Part shown: in pieces, positions 56,166-64,000 of the stretch
Position numbering within the stretch: the first letter of the stretch is position 1
Layout of the letters: each line of letters begins with the position of its first letter
Assembly: GCA_965215505.1 (NCBI GenBank)
Contig: OZ244065.1
Coordinates: forward strand, 3,936,001 to 4,000,000
DNA from: Capsulimonadaceae bacterium
GTDB lineage: Bacteria; Armatimonadota; Armatimonadia; Armatimonadales; Capsulimonadaceae
DNA: 64,000 nucleotides
Reading direction: 5' to 3'
Notes under the pieces: generated by a model
Database searches by the model: none
What the model saw: only the letters and a program-made list of their open reading frames with translations
Told to the model about the DNA's origin: nothing
Translations under genes and position numbers: made by a program

Positions 56166-59100
56166 ATGACCGCCCCACTCCCCAAGAACGAAGACGCCCG
56201 GCTGCGCGCCCTGCACGACTGCGCCGTCCTGGACACGCCCGCCGAAGAAGACTTCGATGAGATCACCCGGCTCGCCGCCCACATCTGCGGCGTCCCCATC
56301 GCCGCCGTCTCCCTGGTCGATGCCGAGCGCCAGTGGTTCAAGAGCATCGTCGGCCTCCCCGTCACCGAAACGCCGCGCGACAGCGCCTTCTGCGCCCACG
56401 CCATCCTGCGGGACGACGTCCTGGTCGTCCCCGACGCGCGGGCGGACCTGCGGTTCGTGGACAACCCGCTGGTGACGGGCGACCCCCGCATCCGCTTCTA
56501 CGCGGGCGCCCCCCTCATCACCGAGGACGGGCAGGCCCTCGGCTCCCTCTGCGTCATAGACCGCACCCCCCGGCATCTCACGGCGGACCAGCAGGAGGAG
56601 CTGCGCCTCCTCGCCCGCCTGGTCACCAGCCAGCTCGAAAGGTCCCGGCGGGCCGCCGAGCGGGAAAAGGCCGAGGCGGAGCGCCGGGAGAGCGAGGCGG
56701 AGCGCCTGCGGCTGGCGGCGATCATCGAGACGAGCCACGACGCCATCTACAGCATGACGCCCGAGGGGTGCATCACGAGCTGGAACCGGGCGGCGGAGCG
56801 GCTTTACGGCTATGCCGCCGCTGAAATGATCGGGCGCAACATCTCCCTACTCGTCCCGCCCGGCCTCCAGGCCGAGCTGGACGAGGCGCTGGCCGCCGTG
56901 GGGTGGGGCATGGCGAGCGTGCCGCTGGAGACGGTGCGCCTGACGAAATCCGGCGCGCGCCTGAACGTGTGCCTGCGCGCCTCGCCGCTCACGGACGCGC
57001 AGGGGCGCGTCGTCGGGGTGTCCATGATCGCCCAAGACGTCACGGCAAGGAAGCGCGCCGAGGAGGCCCTGCACCACGAGCGCGAGTTCACCCAGGCCTT
57101 GCTGGAGAGCATCCAGGAGGGGATCGTCGCCTGCGACTCCCAGGGCACGCTCACCCTCTTCAACCGCGCCGCCCGCGACCTGCACGGCCTGCCGGCCGAG
57201 CCGCTGCCCGCCGAGGAGTGGGCGGAACACTTCGACCTGTACGCCGCCGACGGCGTCACCCCGATGCAGACCCGCGACATCCCCCTGTTCCGGGCCTTCC
57301 AGGGCGAAACCGTGCGCGACGCCGAAATGGTGGTCGCCCCCCGGTCCGACATCGCCCGCACCCTGCTCGCCAGCGGCCAGGCCATCCGCGATGGGTCGGG
57401 CCGGAAACTGGGCGCGGTGGTGGCGATGCACGACATCACCGAGCGCCGCCGGGCCGAGCGGGAGCTGGCCCGGCTGGCCGCCATCGTCGAGTCCTGCGAA
57501 GACGCGATCGTGGCGGCGACGCTCGACGGCACCATCATCGGATGGAACCGCGGCGCGGAACGGCTCTACGGCTACGCCGCCGCCGAGATGGTGGGCCGGA
57601 GCGCGACGGTCCTGGCCGCCGACGGTGCGCCAAGCCCGGTCCCCGCCATCGTCACGCGCCTGCTGCGCGGCGAGACGGTGGAGCCGATGGAGGTGGCGCG
57701 CGTCCGCCGGGACGGCACCGGGTTCTGCGCCCTGCTCACCTTCTCCCCGATCCGCGATGCGTCGGCACAGGTGGTCGGGCTGTCCTGCATCGCCCGCGAC
57801 ATCACGGCCCGCAAGGAGATCGAAGCCGCCCTCGCCGAGAGCGAGGCGCGGCTCCGGCGTCTGACGGACGCCGCCTTTGAAGGCATCGCCGTCACCCAGG
57901 GCGGGGCGCTGGTGGACGTCAGCCCCGCCTTCGCCGCCCTGTTCGGCTACGCGGACCCCGCCGAGATGGCCGGCCTGTCCGCCTCCCTGCTTCTCTCGCC
58001 CGCGTCGCTCGCCTCCGTACTCCAGGACGACGCCGAACACGGCGACGAGCCTTACGAGGCGACCCTGCGGCGTCGGGACGGCTCGGCGTTCCAGGCCGAG
58101 ATGCGCGGGCGGATGATCCAGCTCGGCGGGCGGGCCGCCCGCGTCACCGCCGTGCGCGACGTCAGCGAGCAGCGGGCCATGGAGGAGAGGCTGGGTGCCA
58201 GCCACGCCGCCCGCGCGATCAGCGAGGCGCGGCTGGCCGAGGCGCAGCGCGTGGCGGGCATCGGGAGCTGGCACTACGACCTTACCACGGACGCCATCAC
58301 GCTGTCGGCGGAGATGTACCGCCTCTTCGAGATGGACCCCGCCGAAGGGCCGCGGGCGCTGGAGCAGATCCTGGCCCGCTACCACCCCGACGATGTGCCG
58401 ATGCACAAGGCCATCTTCGAGCAGAGTATGCGCGACGGCACATCCTACGAGTTCGACATCCGCGTCGTGCGCCGGAACGGCGACACCCGCTGGATGCACG
58501 TGTCTGGCGAATGCGCGCGGGACGCATCGGGCCGGCCGCTGCGCCTGTTCGGCACCCTGATGGACATCCACGAGCGCAAGGGGATGGAGGAGGAACTGCG
58601 CGCCAGTCACCGCGCCGCCCAGGAGAGCGCGGCGCGGCTGGCCGAGGCCCAGCGCGTCGCCAAGATCGGGAGCTGGGAGTACGACCTGGTCACGGACAAG
58701 GTCGCCTGGTCGGACGAGCTGTTCCGCCTGTTCGGGCTGGACTCCGCCGAGGGCCAGCCGGGCTACGAGGCCGCCGTCGCCCTGTACCACCCCGAGGACG
58801 CCCCCGTTCTGGACGCGCTGGTGGCGCGGTCGGCCCGCGAAGGGGTCGGCTTCGAATTGGACCTGCGGGGCGCCCCCGGTGCCTTCCCCGACGGCCGGAC
58901 GCGGTGGTATCATGCGCTCGGCACCGCCCATGCGGACGAGGAGGGCCGCATCGTCCGGCTGACGGGCACTCTGGCGGATATCACCGACCGCAAGGAGGCG
59001 GAGGAGGCGCTGCGGGAGAACAGCATCGCCCTGGAGGAGAGCCGGCGATTCGCCCGCAGCGTCGCCGAGAACTCGGCCAGCATCATTTTTGTCTTCGACC

Positions 59101-60758
59101 TGGAGACCAAGGCCAACGTCTACGCCAACCGGGACGTTGGCGAGTTCCTGGGCTACGCGCCCGAACAGGTCGCCGCCCTGGGCGCGGATTTGCTGCCGGC
59201 CATGATCCACCCCGAAGACCTCCCGCGCCTCCTGGCTCACCTGGAGGAATTCGAGGCCGCCCAGGATGAGCAGGTGGTCGAGTTCGAGTACCGCGCGCTC
59301 CACGCCGACGGCGGCTGGCGCTGGATCTGGAACCGCGAGGTCGTCTTCGAGCGCCGCGCGGACGGCAGGCCGCGCACCATCCTCGGAAACGCCCAGGACA
59401 TCACCGCCCAGAAGACCCTGGAGGCGAGCCTGCGCGCGCAGGCGGAACAACTGCGCCGCAATGAGGCCGCCCTGCGCGCCGTCCTGGAGAGCGCCCCCGT
59501 CATCCTGTACGCCGCCGACGCTGACGGAACGGTGACGCTGTCCGAGGGGACCGGCCTGGCCTCGCTGGGCCTCAAACCGGGCGAGGCGGTCGGGCGCTCC
59601 GTCTTCGATTTCAGTGACGGGGACGCCGAGAGCGACGCGAGGACGCGACGCGCCCTGGCGGGCGAAGCGCTCTCCTACGACGCGCACATCTACGGCCTTT
59701 CCCTGCACACCGAGGTGCGGCCCCTGCGGGACGCGGACGGCGCATTGGCCGGCATCATCGGCGTCTGCTTCGACGTGACGGAGCGGGTGGCCTCCGAGGA
59801 GCGGTTCCGCGTGCTGTTCGAACGGTCGTCCGACGCCCACCTCCTCGTCGGGGAAGGCGGCATCGTTGACTGCAACAACGCCGCCGTCGCCCTGCTGCGC
59901 TGTGAGGGCAAGGACCAGCTCCTGTCCCTGCACCCGGCCGTCCTGTCGCCCGAATTCCAGCCGGACGGCCGGCGCTCCCGCGACAAGGGGCCGGAAATGG
60001 AGGAGATAGCGCGGCGGACCGGCTTCCACCGCTTCGAATGGACCCATCACCGGAGGGACGGCGAGGAGTTCCCCGTGGAGGTGGCCCTGACGCCGGTGAC
60101 CTTGGCGGATCGCCCCGTCATGCTGGCCGTCCTGCACGACCTGACCGAGCGCAAGCGGGCCGAGGAGACCGTCCGGGACCACGCCGTCGTGCTGGAATTC
60201 CAGAAGCAGGCTTTGGAAGAGGCCAACGCCGAGCTGGAGGCGCTGGCGACGACCGACGGCATGACGGGGCTGAAGAACCACCGCACCTTCCAGGAACAGC
60301 TCGCCGATGAGGTGAACCGGGCGGGCCGCTACCACACGCCGCTCTCGCTCGTGATCCTGGATATTGACCACTTCAAGGGCTTCAACGATGCCTTCGGCCA
60401 TCCGGCCGGCGACACCGTCCTCAAGGCCGTGGCGCGCATCCTCCAGGGGAGCGCCCGCGAGACGGACCTGGTGGCCCGCTACGGGGGCGAGGAATTCGTC
60501 CTGCTCCTGCCCCAGACCGACGCCGCCGGCGCGGCCCTGTTCGCCGAGCGCCTGCGCGCCGCGATCGAGGGGGCGGACTGGCCGGTCCGAGCCGTCACCG
60601 CCTCCCTGGGCGTGGCCTGCCTGCGTCCGGGCGTCGAGGACGGCGGTGCGCTCATCGCCCGCGCCGACGAGGCCATGTATCTTTCCAAAACGGGCGGCAG
60701 GAACCGGGTGACGGCGGCGTGCGCCGCGCCGGTCGTCCCCCACCCGGTGGAGGCATAG
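56166..60758 (+). CDS. GAF + multi-PAS diguanylate cyclase
   Basis: GAF, about nine PAS/PAC units; TDGMTGLKN, DIDHFK, RETD I-site, RYGGEEF. Confidence 0.95.
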   Translation: MTAPLPKNEDARLRALHDCAVLDTPAEEDFDEITRLAAHICGVPIAAVSLVDAERQWFKSIVGLPVTETPRDSAFCAHAILRDDVLVVPDARADLRFVDNPLVTGDPRIRFYAGAPLITEDGQALGSLCVIDRTPRHLTADQQEELRLLARLVTSQLERSRRAAEREKAEAERRESEAERLRLAAIIETSHDAIYSMTPEGCITSWNRAAERLYGYAAAEMIGRNISLLVPPGLQAELDEALAAVGWGMASVPLETVRLTKSGARLNVCLRASPLTDAQGRVVGVSMIAQDVTARKRAEEALHHEREFTQALLESIQEGIVACDSQGTLTLFNRAARDLHGLPAEPLPAEEWAEHFDLYAADGVTPMQTRDIPLFRAFQGETVRDAEMVVAPRSDIARTLLASGQAIRDGSGRKLGAVVAMHDITERRRAERELARLAAIVESCEDAIVAATLDGTIIGWNRGAERLYGYAAAEMVGRSATVLAADGAPSPVPAIVTRLLRGETVEPMEVARVRRDGTGFCALLTFSPIRDASAQVVGLSCIARDITARKEIEAALAESEARLRRLTDAAFEGIAVTQGGALVDVSPAFAALFGYADPAEMAGLSASLLLSPASLASVLQDDAEHGDEPYEATLRRRDGSAFQAEMRGRMIQLGGRAARVTAVRDVSEQRAMEERLGASHAARAISEARLAEAQRVAGIGSWHYDLTTDAITLSAEMYRLFEMDPAEGPRALEQILARYHPDDVPMHKAIFEQSMRDGTSYEFDIRVVRRNGDTRWMHVSGECARDASGRPLRLFGTLMDIHERKGMEEELRASHRAAQESAARLAEAQRVAKIGSWEYDLVTDKVAWSDELFRLFGLDSAEGQPGYEAAVALYHPEDAPVLDALVARSAREGVGFELDLRGAPGAFPDGRTRWYHALGTAHADEEGRIVRLTGTLADITDRKEAEEALRENSIALEESRRFARSVAENSASIIFVFDLETKANVYANRDVGEFLGYAPEQVAALGADLLPAMIHPEDLPRLLAHLEEFEAAQDEQVVEFEYRALHADGGWRWIWNREVVFERRADGRPRTILGNAQDITAQKTLEASLRAQAEQLRRNEAALRAVLESAPVILYAADADGTVTLSEGTGLASLGLKPGEAVGRSVFDFSDGDAESDARTRRALAGEALSYDAHIYGLSLHTEVRPLRDADGALAGIIGVCFDVTERVASEERFRVLFERSSDAHLLVGEGGIVDCNNAAVALLRCEGKDQLLSLHPAVLSPEFQPDGRRSRDKGPEMEEIARRTGFHRFEWTHHRRDGEEFPVEVALTPVTLADRPVMLAVLHDLTERKRAEETVRDHAVVLEFQKQALEEANAELEALATTDGMTGLKNHRTFQEQLADEVNRAGRYHTPLSLVILDIDHFKGFNDAFGHPAGDTVLKAVARILQGSARETDLVARYGGEEFVLLLPQTDAAGAALFAERLRAAIEGADWPVRAVTASLGVACLRPGVEDGGALIARADEAMYLSKTGGRNRVTAACAAPVVPHPVEA

Positions 60759-60768
60759 GTCAAATCCG

Positions 60769-61725
60769 ATGCTCACCACCCCGGCCCCGCCGCCTCCCCT
60801 GAACGAGGCGGAGCGCTTCACACACTACCGGTCCCTGGCCGACGCCATGCCGCTGATCGTCTGGATCAGCCGGGACGGGGTCGGCGTGGACTACTACAGC
60901 CGATGCTGGTTCGAATACACGGGGCTGGACGGCGCGGGGCCGGGGGACCTGGGCTGGCGGGCCGCCCTGCACCCCGAAGACGAGCCTCTGCTTGCCCGGC
61001 TGGGTGCGGCGGGCCGGGCCGACGGCGAGCCGTATGAGTTCGAGTACCGCCTGCGGCGTCACGACGGCATCTACCGCTGGCACCTCGGCCGCGTAGTGCC
61101 CCTGCGCGACGAGGCGGGCCGGGTGTGCCTGTGGGTCGGCACCGGCACCGACATTGACGACCAGAAGCGGCAGGCCTGCCAGCAATTCGTCTTCCTCCGC
61201 GACGTGCTGGGGGGTGTGACCGAGGGGAAGCTGCGCCTGTGCGCGTCCCCCGACGACCTGCCGGCCCCCCTCCCGCCCGCGGGTGCCGCCTTCCGCCTGG
61301 CACGCGGGGCGGGGCTGTCCGACCTGCGCCGCAGCGCCGAGGCCGCCGCCCAGGCCCGCGCGTTCCCCGACGGCCGCTGGATGGACCTGGTGACGGCGGT
61401 GGGCGAGGCGGCGATGAACGCCGTCGCGCACGGCGGCGGGGCGGGGCGTGGCCGCGTCCACGCGGACGCGGACACCGTGCAGGTCTGGGTCAGCGACCAG
61501 GGCGGCGGCATCCCCGTCGAGTGTCTGGCCCAGGCCACCCTGAAGCGCGGCCACTCCACGGCGGGCAGCTTCGGCCACGGCTTCTGGCTCATGCTCAACA
61601 CCCTGGACCGCGTCTGGCTCCTGACCGGGCCGACCGGCACCACGCTGGTGCTGGAACAGAGCCGCGCCTCCCGCGCCCCCTCCTGGCTGGCGGGGGCTTG
61701 CAAAACCCACGGCGCCCCACTATAA
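60769..61725 (+). CDS. PAS sensor with RsbW/RsbT-like HATPase output, paralog of 49810..51642
   Basis: PAS (LADAMP.IVW, HPED, YRLRRHDG.YRW); FLRDVL..VTEG.L.LC; GEAAMNAVAH, DQGGGI, TAGSFGHG. Confidence 0.85.
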   Translation: MLTTPAPPPPLNEAERFTHYRSLADAMPLIVWISRDGVGVDYYSRCWFEYTGLDGAGPGDLGWRAALHPEDEPLLARLGAAGRADGEPYEFEYRLRRHDGIYRWHLGRVVPLRDEAGRVCLWVGTGTDIDDQKRQACQQFVFLRDVLGGVTEGKLRLCASPDDLPAPLPPAGAAFRLARGAGLSDLRRSAEAAAQARAFPDGRWMDLVTAVGEAAMNAVAHGGGAGRGRVHADADTVQVWVSDQGGGIPVECLAQATLKRGHSTAGSFGHGFWLMLNTLDRVWLLTGPTGTTLVLEQSRASRAPSWLAGACKTHGAPL

Positions 61726-61734
61726 TGAGCGCCT

Positions 61735-63984
61735 ATGGAACAACCGACAGGCCGTGAAGCCGACTCACTGCGGCGGCGCGTCTTCCTCGCCAGGCTGTGC
61801 GGCGTCCTGGCTGGCCTGCCCTGGGCGGCCCGCGCACTGGCCGCGCCGGGCACGCCGCCCCTTGACCCCTACGCGCGCTACGTTCGCACCTCCCAGGACT
61901 TCCAGCCCGTCAAGAAGGACAAGGCGTGGTGCCGGAAAGCCTTCCCCGGCTGGCTGTACATGCCCTGGGCCTACCAATGGACCATCGGCTACACCGAGGC
62001 GTCCGGACTCTGGAGCCGCGCGCACGGCTACAACGGCGCGTTCCTGGACGGCAACGGCGGGACGCCCGACTCGCCGCCCGGCAAGCTGGCCTGGATCAAC
62101 CGCTTCGGCCTGCGCTTCTACCTGGACCACACGGCGGGCAAGCATGACCTGCACCTGTGGGACGGCGGGCAGCAGAAGCCGCACCTGGCCGAACTGCATG
62201 GGAACGGCGTCCGCACCGTCCCGGTCAACGACGCGCTCAGAACGAAGCTCCAGGGCAGGATAAAGAACAACATCGCGCAGGTGAAGTCCTCCCCCTTCCG
62301 CGCCGCCTATGCCCTCGATGACGAGGTTTCGTGGGGCCACTTCGTCCACCCGGCCATGTGGCGCGTCACCGACGACCCTGCCGCCTACCCCGCCTGGCTG
62401 GCCTCGGTCTACGGGCCGGGCGCGGCCCCTGGACGGGATCGCTGGGTCACATACGACGACATCCGGCCCCATCTCCCCGCCTGGTCCGTGCGCGACTTTG
62501 ACGCCTCCCCTCTCCTAAACCAGTGGAGCTTCAACGACTCGCACTGGTGCAATTTCCTGGGTGAACTGGTGGGGTACGCCAACGCGCTCGACCCGGACAC
62601 CCCCTGCGGTATCGTCGGCGGCCAGGCCCCGAACGCCTTCGGCGGCTACGACTACGCCAAGCTGATGCCGAAGCTCCAGTACATCGAGGCGTACAACCTC
62701 GGGTCGTCGCAGGCCGTCATCCGCTCGCTCAACCCCAAGAACGCCGTCCCCACCGTCACCAGCATGTTCCACCGGTCCGCCGAGGACGACATCTGGCAGG
62801 CCTGGTATTATCTGGCGCACGGCAACCGGGGCCACATCGGGTGGGTGGAAAACTGGTTTGACGGGACCACGCCGCGCCCTTGGCACGAGGCCGTCGCGCC
62901 GCACTACCAGGAGGCCGCCCGAAAGATCGGCCCCCTGATGCAAGATGCCGAATGGAGGCACGACGGCGTCGCCCTTCTCTACAGCCACCCTTCCATCCAA
63001 CTCGGCTGGGTGCTGGACGCTCAGGCGCACGGCGCGACCTGGGTGAACCGCGACGGCGACCATCGCCTGGGGGCCTCGCACCTGGTCCGGCAGGCCTGGG
63101 AGAACATGCTGCGCGACGGCGGCCTACAATACAGCTTCCTCTCCTACGCCGACGTCATCCGGGGCGGCATCCCCGCCGAGTACCGCGTACTGATCCTCCC
63201 CGCCTGCCTTTGTCTGTCAAATGCCGAGGCGTCGGCCATTGAAGCCTTCTGCCGCCTGGGCGGCACCGTCATCGCCGATTACCTGCCCGGCGTCTGGGAC
63301 CAGCACGGGCGTGGGCGCGCGGCGGGCGGCGTCCTGGACTCCCTTTTCGGAGTCCGCCACGACCCCGCCATGACCCAGGCCGATGTGTTCGGCGGCAAGT
63401 GGTACGAGGTGGACCAGGACGCGGGCTACGGATGGAAGACCTACGCCGAGTTCCTGTCCCACGCGGGCGGCTGCCTGAAGGACCCCAGCGGCTTCAACAA
63501 AGCCGTCCGCGCGATGCCCACGGCGAACGTCCGCCGCATCGGCCAAGGAGCCGCCGTCCTCTTGAACCTCTCGCCGCAGTGGTACAACGCCTACCGCGTG
63601 GCCGGGCATGAGGCCGCCAAGCGCCGCGAGACATTCCTGCGCCACGTCAGAGCGGGCGGCGTCCAGCCCTGGGTCCAGATCGAGGGCGCGGGCGATGCCG
63701 AGTTCGGGGCCGATGCCGAGTTCGGGGCGGAGATCACCTACTTCCGCAAGCCTGACGGCCGGATCATCCTGTTCCTCTGCCTGAACCCCGAAACCGTCGG
63801 CACCGAAGCGGGTGGGGGAAACGCCGTCGGCCTGAAGACGGGGATGGTCCCGGTCACGCTGAAGTTCGCCCGGCCCGTTCACAGGGTCCGCGATGAGCGG
63901 CGGGGGACGGAGATGGGCGACGGGACGCGGTTCCGTTTCGAGTGGGTGCGGAACGAGGCGGTGGTGCTTTCGTTTGCGGGGTGA
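61735..63984 (+). CDS. Tat-exported putative glycoside hydrolase with beta-galactosidase trimerisation-like domain
   Basis: LRRRVFL signal; acidic motifs LDDEV and YIEAY; VALLYS...YRVLILP...GGTVIAD..PG..D. Confidence 0.7.
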   Translation: MEQPTGREADSLRRRVFLARLCGVLAGLPWAARALAAPGTPPLDPYARYVRTSQDFQPVKKDKAWCRKAFPGWLYMPWAYQWTIGYTEASGLWSRAHGYNGAFLDGNGGTPDSPPGKLAWINRFGLRFYLDHTAGKHDLHLWDGGQQKPHLAELHGNGVRTVPVNDALRTKLQGRIKNNIAQVKSSPFRAAYALDDEVSWGHFVHPAMWRVTDDPAAYPAWLASVYGPGAAPGRDRWVTYDDIRPHLPAWSVRDFDASPLLNQWSFNDSHWCNFLGELVGYANALDPDTPCGIVGGQAPNAFGGYDYAKLMPKLQYIEAYNLGSSQAVIRSLNPKNAVPTVTSMFHRSAEDDIWQAWYYLAHGNRGHIGWVENWFDGTTPRPWHEAVAPHYQEAARKIGPLMQDAEWRHDGVALLYSHPSIQLGWVLDAQAHGATWVNRDGDHRLGASHLVRQAWENMLRDGGLQYSFLSYADVIRGGIPAEYRVLILPACLCLSNAEASAIEAFCRLGGTVIADYLPGVWDQHGRGRAAGGVLDSLFGVRHDPAMTQADVFGGKWYEVDQDAGYGWKTYAEFLSHAGGCLKDPSGFNKAVRAMPTANVRRIGQGAAVLLNLSPQWYNAYRVAGHEAAKRRETFLRHVRAGGVQPWVQIEGAGDAEFGADAEFGAEITYFRKPDGRIILFLCLNPETVGTEAGGGNAVGLKTGMVPVTLKFARPVHRVRDERRGTEMGDGTRFRFEWVRNEAVVLSFAG

Positions 63985-64000
63985 GGGTCTTATCCCCATG

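Noticed and set aside
2592-60821. Long antisense ORFs (e.g. 4145..7033, 21521..24586, 28101..30953, 49753..51831, 56847..60821)
   Set aside because: Shadow frames of real genes, expected at high GC; no recognisable motifs.

Overview
A 64 kb high-GC bacterial chromosome segment; GC is estimated by eye at about 70%, and the first ~2.6 kb is visibly lower. The gene repertoire (prepilin/H-X9-DG protein, BlaI/M56 pair, ECF sigma with C-terminal extension, many REP-like hairpins) suggests an Armatimonadota-like soil bacterium (inference only). Contents in order: two paralogous helical-repeat exported proteins; three CxxCH + copper type II (PHM/DBH-like) monooxygenase genes with a redoxin, a TetR and a GtaA-like six-hairpin enzyme; a translationally coupled minus-strand operon (ECF sigma, anti-sigma/XRE-like protein, ImmA/IrrE-peptidase-UvrD-helicase-FeS fusion) facing a divergent YhaM(OB-HD)-LexA(S24) fusion; a metallophosphoesterase; a large surface protein; a sugar ABC/GH92 cluster; BlaI-M56; a WGR-DNA ligase; an esterase; mgtE; a pncA-vWA-PP2C-kinase-pncB operon with two NrtR-like boxes; tRNA-Leu(CAG); and a c-di-GMP/PAS signalling block containing a serpin interrupted by one TAG. 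Best candidates for an undescribed system: (1) the sigma / anti-sigma-HTH / IrrE-helicase operon plus the YhaM-S24 gene (12.6-19.4 kb); (2) the TerY-P-like triad embedded in an NAD-salvage operon (40.2-46.6 kb). All calls come from reading motifs by eye; no searches were run.
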